A DNA stretch of 63,374 nucleotides, the filler included, from Rhabdomonas costata (lineage: Eukaryota): NCBI GenBank assembly GCA_019059605.1. It is 43 parts of 43 records of this genome, joined end to end, with 100 filler letters (N's around TTAATTAATTAA, not from the genome) between each part and the next. Parts side by side here need not be neighbours in the genome. Positions count along the whole stretch, not along the records: positions 48,720 to 50,094 come from JAHMHO010017791.1; positions 50,195 to 51,570 come from JAHMHO010017792.1; positions 51,671 to 53,044 come from JAHMHO010017793.1; positions 53,145 to 54,520 come from JAHMHO010017794.1; positions 54,621 to 55,996 come from JAHMHO010017795.1; positions 56,097 to 57,473 come from JAHMHO010017796.1; positions 57,574 to 58,948 come from JAHMHO010017797.1; positions 59,049 to 60,423 come from JAHMHO010017798.1; 35 more parts are not named here. The stretch is one strand, 5' to 3'. Under the pieces are notes generated by a model that did not search any database, was not told the origin of the DNA, and saw only the letters and a list, made by a program, of their open reading frames with translations. Below are positions 49,372 through 62,043 of the stretch, piece after piece. A program made the position numbers and the translations under genes. The stretch's first letter is position 1; every line of letters starts with the position of its first letter.

Positions 49372-49903
49372 GGATGCCCGTACTTCTTGTCGTGGCGTCT
49401 GCCCCTGTGCCTGCCCCTGTGGGAGTGCCTAACCTGCCTGAGAGAGGCCAATGCCCAGAAGGTCGCCGAGATAGAGGCCGAGAAGTTGGCCAAGAAGGTC
49501 GCCGAGATAGAGGCCGAGAGGTGGCCAAGAAATGGGCAGAGGTGGGCGAGAAGGTGGCCGAGAAGTTGGCCGAGGTGGGCGAGAAGGTGGCCGAGAAGGT
49601 GGCCGAGAAGTTGGCCGAGGTGGGCGAGAAGGTGGCCGAGAAGGTGGCCGAGAAAGAGGCCGAGAAGGTGACCGAGGTGGGTGAGAAGGTGGCCGAGGTG
49701 GATGGAGCTGGAGAATCTGGCAGCGAGGACGCGAGCAAAGATGAGGAGACCGGCCCCTCGGACGCTGCGCTAGTGTGCTGGGCCTGTGCGCAGTGTTGCC
49801 ACGCGGGCCACGAGCTGAGGTTGCGTCCCCCGTGCGGCGCCCCGCAGCTGCCCAAGGAGCACTTCTGCCACTGCGGGGAGGCGAGCCACGACCTCAAGGC
49901 GCG
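49372..49903 (+). CDS. UBR-box zinc-finger exon interrupted by an AEK/VAE tandem repeat; apparent 1-nt deletion near 49519
   Basis: CPY...LWECLTC in one frame and VCWACAQCCHAGHEL...FCHCG in the other together form the UBR-box Cys/His pattern. Confidence 0.75.
49455..49700 (+). repeat. Coding minisatellite of 9/12-nt units (GGCCGAGAAGGT / GGCCGAGGT)
   Basis: Directly visible tandem units encoding VAEK/LAEV/GEK. Confidence 0.9.
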
Positions 49904-50184
49904 GTGTGCTTCACATTGCAAGAGAAGAGAGGGAGACGAGCTGATGAGGGCGTCAGCTCCACTTGTTCCTTACCACCAATACCCAGGCAAGTCTCAACGC
50001 CTCAGGGTAGCGTCTCAACACACGCACAAGACCGGAGAGTAGGGGGGGGTCTGTTCCATGAACTTTTCCCTTGTACTCCCTGGCCCGCAACCCCNNNNNN
50101 NNNNNNNNNNNNNNNNNNNNNNNNNNNNNNNNNNNNNNTTAATTAATTAANNNNNNNNNNNNNNNNNNNNNNNNNNNNNNNNNN

Positions 50185-51356
50185 NNNNNNNNNNGTGTTG
50201 GGTGGTTCAGACCTTCACGGGGAATCTCACATTGGTCTGTGTTCTTTTGCAAGTGAAAACTTGATTGCGACAGAGCGCTGGCCTCAAAATCCCCTCTCGA
50301 AGAAGATTCCACAGAGTTACAAGCAGGCTCTGCAACGCGCTCCGAGCATGCTTGCAAACAGCTTAGGTTGCAGGGGACGTTCTCACCGACTGAGAAACCG
50401 GAAGGTTGGGCCGGAGCACCTGATTGGACTGCAGGACTTGAACTCTCAGGGTCAGCCGTGGCAGTAACTGGCGGAATGGGAGGAGTCTGTACCAATTCAG
50501 GATTCATCAGTGATCCAGACAGCGAAATCGCAGCGAAGCGGGGGGACGAAACCCCAATGGTATTCTGGTTTCGCAAAAGAAAAGGAGAACACACATCGGA
50601 AACGTCCGATGAACGGGCGGCTTCAGCAACACTCTGATGGTTTCCAGGAAGAGCCGAAGACCGAACAGCGCAATGCTCCGCACAACCATCACCAAGTTCA
50701 GGGGCCGAGAGCACTACATCACAGGGAGACTCTGTGGCTGGGGGGAAAAACCCATTCAAAACAAAACGGCTGTCCCGTCCAGCGCCTGGGACGACCTTCA
50801 CACACCCACTGTACCCAGCGTCCGGCGGCATCCCGGGAAACACCACCCCGCTGCTAATTGTCTTCCCGCAACCCAGTGAGTACAGCGCCGTGAAGACTGC
50901 CGTGGCAATCGGAACGGGGGCAATGAACTCGCTTGAGAGGCACACGAAAGAAAGCACAACAAAACCGATGGTCGATAGCAGCAGAATGGGCCGTGAGGAG
51001 GCGATCGTGCAGAATAGGAAGTGCAAGATCGCTGGAAGGCAGGGGTACGCCGGAAGCGCAAACACATGATGGCAGGCTGCGTACATTCCCAGGCACATTA
51101 CGTGAGCAAACGCGGCAAACACCTCCCCCGTGGTGTTATTGGCTCTGTTTCTGTAGCACCACACTGCTGCCATGCAAATCGCAACAACAATCAGGTCCGC
51201 CACAACGAGAATATACAGTGCAACGGAAGGGGTCCCCGTGATAAGGAAAAGGGTGGCCAACAAAACCGTGAACAAGGACCAAACGATGACGCGGTCCAGG
51301 ACACGGTCGAGTTTTGCCACGCGCAGCAAAAAATTGATCACGCTTCCGGTTGGCAT
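50185..51356 (-). CDS. Multi-pass membrane protein with a Ser/Pro-rich cytoplasmic tail (5' part)
   Basis: ~390 open codons from MPTGSVINF, with about six hydrophobic segments. Confidence 0.7.
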
Positions 51357-51418
51357 ATTTAAGAGGCACTCTGTGAAGCAAAAGGTCGACAAAGTCTTGC
51401 AGGCCGATTTGTTGCGGA

Positions 51419-51563
51419 TGGAAAATACAATGAGTGCTGTTAAAAAGAGAATGGCACAAATAGGATGCTGCCTTTTCAGGCGACCCCCGAATGTGGTGAT
51501 CACTGACACGGCAGCATCCTATTTGTGCCATTCTCTTTTTAACAGCACTCATTGTATTTTCCA
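51419..51563. repeat. Contig-terminal fold-back inverted repeat (54-nt arms, 37-nt loop)
   Basis: TGGAAAATACAATGAGTGCTG...GATGCTGCC / GGCAGCATC...CAGCACTCATTGTATTTTCCA, perfect match. Confidence 0.92.
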
Positions 51564-52666
51564 CCCACACNNNNNNNNNNNNNNNNNNNNNNNNNNNNNN
51601 NNNNNNNNNNNNNNTTAATTAATTAANNNNNNNNNNNNNNNNNNNNNNNNNNNNNNNNNNNNNNNNNNNNGACATTTATGCACCACTTTTTGTGGTGCTC
51701 TGTTCTGTGTTTACTCATCACGTGTGTGGGTCACAACACAGGATTTCTCTCTCACACTTGTAAAAGAAAAAGACAAGCAAGAAAAGCTGCAGCAAAACGC
51801 AAAAGAAAAGAAAATATGAATGTAAAAGCTAAATTTTTTTGAGGTGACCGTGATACTGAGAAAATCACGGATCTGTTTATCATCATGTAAAGGTGTGAAA
51901 AAAAGTCAGAACAATGGGATGATGCGTGTAGTGTAAACACAAATTAACAAACGAAATTTACTCATTAAAAATAGATGTGAAAATCGTTGCGCGGCTTTGA
52001 GCATCCCCATTGGTGATGGAGCTTTCCTTCGGTGTCCCCCCCCCCTTCTCTATTGTAGATTGTGCTCGTTCCCTTGGGATGGGTCATTTTCGGCGCGTGG
52101 CACCCATCGCTTTTGTGGACTTCCCTCTCCTAGTGTTTGTGTTGCGCTCCCTGCCGTGTGCCCTGTTGTTCTGATTGTTTTTTCCCAAAAGAAACGGTAC
52201 ATTGTGTTTGTTGGTTTGGCAGCCGGTTTATCCGCCGGACTTGGTTTTGCTGTTGCGTCACTGAAGCCTTTAGAACCGAGCGGAAGTTGTTTTTTTTAAC
52301 TTTTGTTGGAAACGCTGCCGCCCGCGCGTGAAATAATGCCCTCACTTGATCATGTCGTTTTTTCCCTTCCTCTTCTTCTTTGAATTTTTCAAAGTCTCAC
52401 AAGTCTTGGTCATACACCCGCACATGCTGTTACACAGCGTTTTAGGTTTTTCCCAACTGTTCGGAGACCTGCTTTGTTCCGTTGTTTGTATTTTAGATGA
52501 GTTTTTTTTCCCGGTTTTGAGATACGGGAGAAAGCGCAATAAATCAGTTTTTGCCGATAATTTATCCGCATCAGGCATCTGCGCCGACCTCTTTATTTGA
52601 GTGTGTTGGGTGCATACATGAGTATTTTTGCTTGTTTTTTTTAATTTTCGGACGGGCTGCGCGCAG

Positions 52667-52791
52667 ATGTCTGCGTCACCCTTGGCCTGCGGCAGCCCAG
52701 GGTGCTTCGCGGCAGCTTTAACCGTGCCAACCTGGCCTATGAGGTCCGTTTCAAGGCCCTGCTGCCCGACCCCCGACGAGACGTCTTACAG
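52667..52791 (+). CDS. recQ: RecQ-family helicase exon (possibly RECQ5-like)
   Basis: DVCVTLGLRQPRVLRGSFNRANLAYEVRFK matches the RecQ 'SFNRPNLxYEV' motif; CAG/GTGCGC boundaries. Confidence 0.85.
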
Positions 52792-55700
52792 GTGCGCAAT
52801 CCCAGAGCGTCCTTGCGGTTTACCTTTTCCGGAAAGTTGTCAATTTCGAGCAGAAAACCCTGGATAACGGGACGTGGAGAACCTCTTGTTCGGCTTGGTA
52901 TACTTTCTGCGGGAATTCAACTGCGCTATGTTCCCTGCTTATTTCCTTGTTTTTCACACTTAACACAAGCACTTGATCCATTTGTGCCCAACGACGCACG
53001 CGGCTGCTTCCTGTTCTTCCACATCCTCCCCTGTAACCAACCACNNNNNNNNNNNNNNNNNNNNNNNNNNNNNNNNNNNNNNNNNNNNTTAATTAATTAA
53101 NNNNNNNNNNNNNNNNNNNNNNNNNNNNNNNNNNNNNNNNNNNNGGGGGTTTGTTCGTTCTTTTCCAGAGATTTGCATTCAGCTTGGGGAGAGCCAAGGC
53201 AGGACCTACTCACTTAGCATGGAAAAACGTACTACTCGGGCAGGAGGTAAAATGAGGAATAAAATGCTAGAGGACAGTACTTTTAGGAATGGAATATCGA
53301 TATCAAATCCGCCAATCACGCGCTGTTAGTTTGTTGAAAATATCATACTATGATTTGATGATGTGTGTGTGTGTTTCGAAATCGGTTGTGTTCAGAAGGC
53401 CCACTCAGGCACTGGGCTGCTTGCTCTGGTCTGTATGACTCACTCTCAAGGCCCGTCGTAAGGGGAAAAAAATAACTTCTTCTAAGCGGGATGCAACCAC
53501 CCCAAAAAAAACGATTGTGTAGAAAGGGGCGAAAGTGCATAAATTTGCACTGTCCCACCTCCATATGGAAACGAACCCCTTCTGCCGACCCACTCCCCGA
53601 TGCGGAGGCAGGTGGCTTGTGGATGGTTTGGTTAGGCGTGTTTGGGTGTTCGTCGTAGTAGCGTGCACGTTGGTGCCTTGCGTGCGGTGCTGCTTCGTTT
53701 TTGTGGCTAACCTCATGAGCTTGCAAGGTCAGCCAGCTTCCTTCTCCGGTCCGGTAGAATGCTGTGCTTGTTTGAATTTCGCAGTACCCTCGTACCACCT
53801 GGCCGCGGCGCAGGGGGTAGCTGAGGTTGACATTACGCCTGATCTGACCGGCGGGCGCCGTATTGCGTTTGGCTGAAGCGGGTGGGTACTATGTGTCCCT
53901 CGCGGTGACACCTTTTCCCTGGCTCAGTCACATTTGTACATCCCCGCTCATTTTTGGGCGCAGTTTTTCTGTTATAGTGCAGTGCTTCTTTTGTAGTCTC
54001 AGTAAGTTCACCCCCCATTCCCGAATGCCCGTTTCATGAGTGAGCTTAACTTAGAACAGTCTCAGGACAGTCTGCGACCGTTTCAATTGGGGTGGTGTAT
54101 TGTCCGTCCTCATGACACATATATTCTGCATTCCACGGGGAAGCGCTTTTTCTGGCCTGGGTTTCCGACTTTGGTGCTTGTACGCTAATCAACGAGGAAC
54201 GTGGCAAGGGACCGCTGCTGGACGAGTGTGCGGGGATCCTTTGCTCTCCTCGCGTTGACGAGCAGAGATTTACAGCGGTTGGTTTTTCACGTTCCTTTTC
54301 ATGTTTTGCGCTGCTCTTCATGCCTTTTCTGTTCTATGTGCGCTCCGATGGGCCTGTGCTCATCGCCTCGATGCCCCCCCTCCCCCGCCTCTTTCTTCTT
54401 CTTCCGTCAACGTCTTCCTCTTCATCACATTTGTCATATCTTTCACTGTCTTGCTAAATGTAATTCACCGTAAACGTCCCCACCCCCTCTCTCTGCCAAA
54501 CCCGACTGCTACAACCAACANNNNNNNNNNNNNNNNNNNNNNNNNNNNNNNNNNNNNNNNNNNNTTAATTAATTAANNNNNNNNNNNNNNNNNNNNNNNN
54601 NNNNNNNNNNNNNNNNNNNNGTTTGTGTGCCGCGACTGAAACGGGTGTGTTTGCGTGGACAGGCGATACGATGAGCTTTCGGAAAGTTGATCGGCCGATT
54701 TCTGTTGCACCTTATGGTTTTACTAGGCCCTTTTGATGATGAGCGGTTGCACGCCGACTTTGACCAGGTGCGTGGTGTTGGGGTTTTCGTCTTTCCCGAG
54801 CTTTCCAAGTTCCGTTGTGTTCTTCTTTTTTAACATTGAAATGAGTGGTCCCTTCTTTTGATTGCACCCACCAGCCTCCTTCGGGGGCCACGGCGGTGTT
54901 GGAACATTAGCCCATGATACATTGGCAGACTGTGCAAGTCAGAACAGCAGACAAATTGCATCCCCACTCACTAGTTTTATTTGACTGTCTCTGAAGTGCT
55001 TCGGAGGACTTCGCACATGCCGATATCCGCACAAATACCCCACCCATGCGCTCCTTCCCTCCGTTTGTGCTGTTGTTACCCCGTCCCCCTTTCGCAGCAT
55101 TTCCCCCACAAAAGAACATTTTCCAAAAAAAATGCATTTGATGATTTCCCTTTCCCGTCTTCCCTATCCTAGCACCGGACGAAAAACCGGTGCTTTTTCC
55201 CGTCCCGCGAGTTGTTTGGGAATCCTTCTCTTGCTATCCTTCTCCCCACTTCCCCCGGTTGCTACAACATTGGTGGACACCTTCTTAAGGAGGTCTGCTT
55301 TTCTGGCAATGTCACCCGATCTGTGAGTTTGCGTTGCTGTCGCCCCCCCTCCCCCCGCGTTGCTTCGGGAGGGTAATTAATTGGGAATAATCTAGGGTTC
55401 CGTTCAGGTTTTTGCAGGGATCGTTTTCTGCTCTTCAAACTGTACATAGTTTGCACCTTTGCGAGGAGTTTTGGTACTTTTCCACGGTTTTCAAACTCTT
55501 TAAGAAAGTGGAATGTAATCTGTGGTACGAAGCCCATTTCCCTCAGTCCTGCCCCAAACCACCGGTCATATCTGTGGCGGGAAGGCCCAGGGGCGGTTGT
55601 CAATTCCACAGAAGTCCTAAAAAGGGCAACGTGAACTGGTGGAGAACATGCGGCAGCAGATGTGATGAGAAGACTGCCCGAGGGGGGAGACAAAGAGGGG

Positions 55701-57064
55701 CAGAGGGAAAGAAACAGAAGCCCAAGCGAAAGGCAACTCATCTGATGTGTCTCTCTCGTGGGAGGGGTCGTTTTCCATTCTATATGTCCCTCTCGCGATC
55801 ATCAGCGCAATTTTCGCCATCAGGGCTGCCAGTCATACGACCACAGCCCGTGGTGATCTCCCGCCAAAAAAGCACTTGTGCGTGGTGGCGCGTTGGAAAC
55901 TTGCTAGCTTGCGCTGCAAAACCCTGGGATGCTGTGCTGTGTGGGCATGCTTGTTCGGTGCTGGTATCAATTCCCACGAAAGTGCCACCCCAACACNNNN
56001 NNNNNNNNNNNNNNNNNNNNNNNNNNNNNNNNNNNNNNNNTTAATTAATTAANNNNNNNNNNNNNNNNNNNNNNNNNNNNNNNNNNNNNNNNNNNNGGGG
56101 TTTGGTGCCGAGATATATATTTCTACAGGAATTGATCGGTGTGAGCTTTTACATCCGCACCCGCTGTCGGTAGGCGATCGCTTCAGAGACGTGGTGACGT
56201 CCCTCAACATTTCTACCGAGTGCGCCGAGCAGAGAGTCTGTGAAGCAATTGACTCAATTCGCTCTCTCTCTCTACCTGTTGCTTTCTTCTCTCCCCTTTC
56301 AACGTTCCTCTTTCTCACGCTCTTCATAATTTGTCCTCTTCCAATGAGTTTTGTGGACTGCGCGCAGTAGTTTGGTGATGCCTTTTGCTGAATTCACTCC
56401 CTGAAGGTAGCAGTCTAATGACAGGAAAGTTGTATAGTAGGGGATAGGGGGCACCATCATCTCCGAAAATGCTTGGTCTTCACGCAGCCTTCAGGCTCAA
56501 TCTGTGATACGGAAGGAGGAGGATGCCAGAAACTTCGCTGCAATGACAACAAACCTGTATTTGGCCTGCAATCGGCGTTTCCTACATTCCTAGGAGTCGT
56601 TGTAATGAGCTGAACTACGGTTTGGCTATGTGTGCGTCTGTCGGGCACCGTCGAAGTTGTTTGGCATTCTCCATTTTTGAATCTAACGAAGGCCGAAAGG
56701 GTGTGACGATCGGGGGAGGGGGGAGCAGCAGAGCTTCCCTGCCGTATCTCGAATCTGCTCGCAAAAAATGGTGCCTCTTCGTGTGTCGTGGGGGCGCGGA
56801 GATTGGGAGGAGATGTATGTGACAACCGGTGCAGCCTTGGATGATGAAACACACCTTGTTATCGGTGCTACTGCGTGTGTACATGCGAAGCCGCAAGTAC
56901 TTCTTTTATTGATGATATTAGTAGGGGGTAGGGGCTGGGGACTTCTGAATTTCTGGGTTTCCTAGCTCCTCCTCCTCTTTGTAACATATTTTTCTCTTTG
57001 AGTTAACTTTAGGCTCTTTTTTAAAGTTGGGCTTCATCCGGAAATCGTTCGCGCGCGTCCGCAG

Positions 57065-57147
57065 GGGCTCGGCGTGGGGCGACCAAGGCTACGCCTACAT
57101 TCGGATGGGCAGCGTAGCCTTCTCGCAGAACTACGTCACCTTCCAAC
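57065..57147 (+). CDS. Papain-family (C1A) cysteine protease exon
   Basis: (W)GSAWGDQGYAYIRMG matches the NSWGxxWGxxGY motif. Confidence 0.75.
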
Positions 57148-57789
57148 GTGTGCGCCCTTTCGAACCGTATTTCCTTTTGCCCATCCATTTAACGCACTCA
57201 CTTGGACACACGCTGACCGATGTGCTCACCTGCGCACTCGTAAGCAGAGAGACTCCTACACATCCCCCGATGGACGATGCGCACTAAAAATCTGATGAAA
57301 ATCTTGAGAAGTCATTCTCCTTATCGTCCATCGTTGCTGTTGGTAACTCACCTTTTCCTCACCTGTGAAGTCCAAAACAAGCAAGCACTGCTCTTTGCTG
57401 TGCACCAGGCCACCGGAAGCCTGCAGCAGCATCCGCGAACCAGATCTTTCAGAGTACCATGAACCATACATCANNNNNNNNNNNNNNNNNNNNNNNNNNN
57501 NNNNNNNNNNNNNNNNNTTAATTAATTAANNNNNNNNNNNNNNNNNNNNNNNNNNNNNNNNNNNNNNNNNNNNGGTGGTTGGGACCATCCGCCTCACAAC
57601 CTCTGTTCAACTCTCCAAGCCAAGGCTCTGAGCAAAGCAAGGCTGTAAGGCGGATGGTCCCGACGGCCCCAAGAAGTGCAGAGAGGGGTTTCCGAGAAAG
57701 AGAGAGAGCGAGCCAATGTGATGCGAAAAAGGGAACCGAAAGAGAGAAAGGGAACTCGGAATCCAACGGTCAGCTGTAGAACCAACCGC

Positions 57790-58313
57790 TCAGCTAAACT
57801 CAGTCTTGAGCAGGGTCATCTTGGCCATCGCCTTGGTCAGCTCGGCGAGCTCCGTGTTAATCGAAGCCAGCTGCACACAGATATTGCGATTAGAGAGAGT
57901 GTGTGTGTACGGGTGCAAGGAGGGAAAAAATTTCGAACATTTCCAACAAATATTAACAATGCTCTTTTACAAATATTTCACAATGCTCTTTTACAACTTT
58001 TTGGGAAACTTTTTGAAGTTGCTCAGATATAGATGTGCCTCGTTTTCAAAGCCCATTTCTTCCGGTTCATCTACCTTTGGAGCCAAACCAGGCATGTTTC
58101 CCTCCACCGAAAGGTTTCACAGGCCAAACAGCATTGTGCACAAGGACCCAAAAGGGTCCTACCCACAAAAATACCCAACTGCAGCATTCTCTCTATCTGT
58201 GAACAGTGGTGGGTGGCAGACGAAGGGCGAGCGCAGGCGCATGCCCACAGATTGCGACGCGTTCTCAGCAGCCATACCGTTCGCGTCCAAAAGTCACGCG
58301 GCCACACACACGC

Positions 58314-58346
<33 letters not shown>

Positions 58347-58915
58347 CACCCTACGTGCACAAGGTATGTCTTTGGTGGATTTTTCCGCCTCCAGTGGGCT
58401 TTCATATCTTTCCCCGCTGCATGGCCGCTTCTCGGAGTCCGGATTCCTCTGCTGGCGGTGGGAAACCTCAATGGCTTGTGGCACCGCGGTTCTAGGAGGC
58501 ACCAACACTCGCGCTTGTCTAGTCCGCTCATATCGCACGGCCTCTCGTCACCTCGTCTTCTGCCTGGGATTTCCAAGTCAACTCTGACCAAAAGGCTCCC
58601 AATCGTGGGGGCTCGGGCACTTGTAGGTGGGAAAATTTTTCGCCAAAAAAAACAGAAAGCAACACGTCGACAACCGACACAGCACGTCAACAGGTCGATA
58701 ACCGAAAAAATGATTATACTCAGCAATGTAAGTAACACGCACGCACACACGCATGCGTACACACACACCTCCTCGGAATTCCGGCGCTTCACCTCAGCAG
58801 GGACCTTCTCGTATCCCGGAGCGGACTTACGCTTCATGGCGCTGTCATACTGCTTGGTGGTAGCCGCGAGCTTCTTCTCTAGTCGGGCCAGCTCCTTGTC
58901 AGGGTTCACCAACCC
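57790..58915 (-). CDS. VARS1: Valyl-tRNA synthetase C-terminal coiled-coil arm; last exons 58915-58769 and 57870-57790
   Basis: GLVNPDKELARLEKK...APGYEKVPAEVKRRNSEE|LASINTELAELTKAMAKM...stop fits the ValRS tRNA-binding arm; phase-0 GT-AG intron. Confidence 0.85.
58305..58349. repeat. (GCAC)n/(CA)n microsatellite in the ValRS intron
   Basis: Directly visible. Confidence 0.85.
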
Positions 58916-59146
58916 CTTTTGGGCAGGAGGGAGGCACGCACCACAACCNNNNNNNNNNNNNNNNNNNNNNNNNNNNNNNNNNNNNNNNNNNNTTAATTAA
59001 TTAANNNNNNNNNNNNNNNNNNNNNNNNNNNNNNNNNNNNNNNNNNNNTGTTGGGGTGTGAACCACACGCTGCAGTCAAACAGGGGTACACACAGGACCC
59101 CGTGCTCGCGTTTTGGGCAGTGGTGGTGGAGAGCCGTGGAGCAGAC

Positions 59147-60152
59147 CATGTCTAAGGCCTCTTCCGCCGCGGTGAACTTCACCTGAAGGGCCAGCAAGAA
59201 AGGAGGAGATGGAAACTGTCAACTCTGAACAGCTGACATTGACTTGAAATGAATTGACCCCTGGGCACACCGTCATGGAACTTTGAGGTCAACACAACTC
59301 TGCTGGTGCGGTCGGGGTTTAGAGACCGTGCACAACGACATTGACCTCTGACCTTCTTTACACGGGGAGACCATCCTTAAAGGAAAAAAGGTTGTATTCA
59401 AAAAACCGTTTTTTCGTTTTTACGAAAACAAAAAAAATTAGGTTTTTTTACAGCCCTGACATCAGCAAATCAGGTGGAGACAAAAGAGTGAAAAGCCTCT
59501 GCCGGCACCAAAAAACGGCTTGGAAACTGGTTGGGGAAAGATAAGATGCCTGCCGCCCTCCCCACCAAATGTTCATAATACAAACCCTGTGTGTGTCGGC
59601 TGTGCACTGCACACTCGTGCCTGTGGTTGTTCCTTTCTTACTCTGGGGCAAAACGGAAGTTTTCAGAAAAATACGAATAAAACATAAAAAAGTGGCAAGC
59701 TCAGCAAAGAAAAACCCAGCCCTGGCTGATTGATGGGGACTAAATGCTAACATACATAGATGTAGATGTATAACAAAATGGGGGAGGGGCGGCAAGCGAT
59801 GGTGGGCAGCAAAAAGTTGGACATGAACGTTGGTACTTACAGTTCAGAGTTTAATTCAAAGTTCAACGTAAAGACATTGTACTTCGAACATCGTAAAAAT
59901 ATCCTTGAAAACTGGGCCAAAGTTCGCGGTCAGAGTTAAAGTTCAAGGTACAGCAGTTCAAAGAACAAAGTTCAATTCCATTCTGATGCCACATCCGCTG
60001 AGGTAAACGCACCTCCGTGGGAGTAATCAGACGGACCCTCACCTTCAGCCCCGCGGGGAGGTTTCTTTTCCCTCGGGTGATCCTCTCGGTCTTCCACTGA
60101 AACGCGAGCTCCTCCAGGAAGTCCATTAGGGCTTCCTCCTCCTGGCTAAGGG
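59147..60152 (-). CDS. Two exons of an unknown protein (about 60152-60043 and 59182-59147)
   Basis: ALSQEEEALMDFLEELAFQWKTERITRGKRNLPAGLK|VKFTAAEEALDM; GTGAGG donor, CAG acceptor. Confidence 0.5.
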
Positions 60153-60523
60153 CCTGCGGAAGACGACGCGACCCTGAGGTGTTCTCTATTCATGAATGCG
60201 ATCGCAACTCAACCATGTACATGAAAACGTTTTCATCACCTCTCTCTTCTAACATTTCACAGAACCCTGTCACAGAGCAACTTGGCACAAGTGCATAAAA
60301 AAGTTCCAGGAGTAAAACGCTTTCTCGCGCTGCTACTGGGCGTAAAACGCTTCCATACGAACACAAAACCCCTGGGACAAAAAAATTTTGCGCAGAGCCA
60401 AACACCTGAGCTTCACACACCCANNNNNNNNNNNNNNNNNNNNNNNNNNNNNNNNNNNNNNNNNNNNTTAATTAATTAANNNNNNNNNNNNNNNNNNNNN
60501 NNNNNNNNNNNNNNNNNNNNNNN

Positions 60524-61354
60524 GGTTTTGTGGGGCCTGCCGCGCTAAGTTCGGGGTGGACGGGCCCACAGCGCTGAGCATGCTCCGGGCCGCGATTGTG
60601 GCCACGGATGAGGAGGTGGTGGACTTGCAGTTTCTGCAGGTCTGCAGGAAATGGATTAACCCTAAGTCTAACTCCACCCTACCTTGCTGGGAAACCTAAC
60701 CGCAACCCAACGAACACTTCAACGTTGTCCGAGGTTATTGGGGCTTGTTGGGGCGAACTTTGGGGTGGACGGGCCGACCTTGCGTGTTCTTTGACTAGAG
60801 TGGCTATCACCAGCACCGACCCGAATCTTTGTTCTCACATCAATCTGAACTTCGAACAACTAACTGGAAACCCCCGGCCCCGAACTGCTAACCCTCATCC
60901 TCCTTGGCGTCCTCACCTAAGCTTGCAGACCAAGTGCCTAAACTACACCCCGATTCGGTCGAATGAGGATGAAAAGAGTAATGTTCACTTGTGTTGTGTC
61001 CCTGCCCCCATCTCTCACCGCAGAGGTCCCCTCTACCATTTGAGCGACATGCACTTGCGTCGAAACAGCGTGCAGCGCATCTTGCGATGTATGCACACGC
61101 ACATAAAAAATTCCGTGCCTGGATGTCATTGGGGTGGGCAGGAGCTGGTAACGGCCATGAAGAGCGTGGTGCCCCACCTTGCCGAGGTGAAGACCTACTC
61201 CGGGGATATCTTGGAGCTGAACCTTTTCGACCAGTTTGCGGCAATGCTGGCATCCATTGAGGGGGTGGAGGAGCGAGTGAACGGCTGGATCTACCGTCGG
61301 GTGCAGTTCGACGAGGAGATCTGCTCCGTCAGCTCCGACATTAACGCCATGCAG
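60524..61354 (+). CDS. Formin FH2 domain exons (to 60639; 61142-61354)
   Basis: LRAAIVATDEEVVDLQFLQ|EL...VPHLAEVKTYSGDILELNLFDQFAAMLASIEGVEERVNGWIYRRVQFDEEI resembles FH2 'Y.GD...L...EQF...L..I....R...F'. Confidence 0.7.
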
Positions 61355-62043
61355 GTCGGAGCTCGTGTGGCTGCTTAGTCCACACCTTCTGGGTTCCCTA
61401 CGGTTTGTACGGTTTGGACCCCGGGTCACGGTTCCTTTGATCGATTCTGCATCGCACGCTACCGGGAGCAGCATTGGGTTCCAGTCTACCTTTTTGGGGA
61501 GGTGGGGCGTTGAACGGTGCAACGCCGTAATACGATATAACTGATAACATGATACGATACGACGGTGCTATACGACGAAGGACGAAACTAAACCACGGGG
61601 CCCCGGCCCACCTAGACAGTAGTGAACATGCTTCGGTTTGACGTGTATCGCCACGTAGTATTGAAATTTACCCCCAGGCAATGCCCCCGCCTCAGCTACC
61701 CGTCCGGCCCTGAAATAATTTTAGTCTGTTGGCTAAAGCCCAGCAAGAAATGAGCTCCCACTACCAATAGTAACCGAAGTGAAACGCAACGGAAAGGCAT
61801 TTTTTTTCAAAACCGCCTCATGACCGATGACCGGATGACGGCTTTGTACCGTATAATATTGCCGTTTACCCCCACCCCACACCAACCACACCCAACACNN
61901 NNNNNNNNNNNNNNNNNNNNNNNNNNNNNNNNNNNNNNNNNNTTAATTAATTAANNNNNNNNNNNNNNNNNNNNNNNNNNNNNNNNNNNNNNNNNNNNTT
62001 TTTTGTTGCCAAACTTGCAGCCCAAAAGTGGACATGAACATAC

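Noticed and set aside
57955-57997. 24-nt tandem duplication (ACAATGCTCTTTTACAA) and other short tandems such as TTGCGAATG at ~11893 and GAAAT at ~10482
   Set aside because: Ordinary slippage duplications in non-coding DNA.
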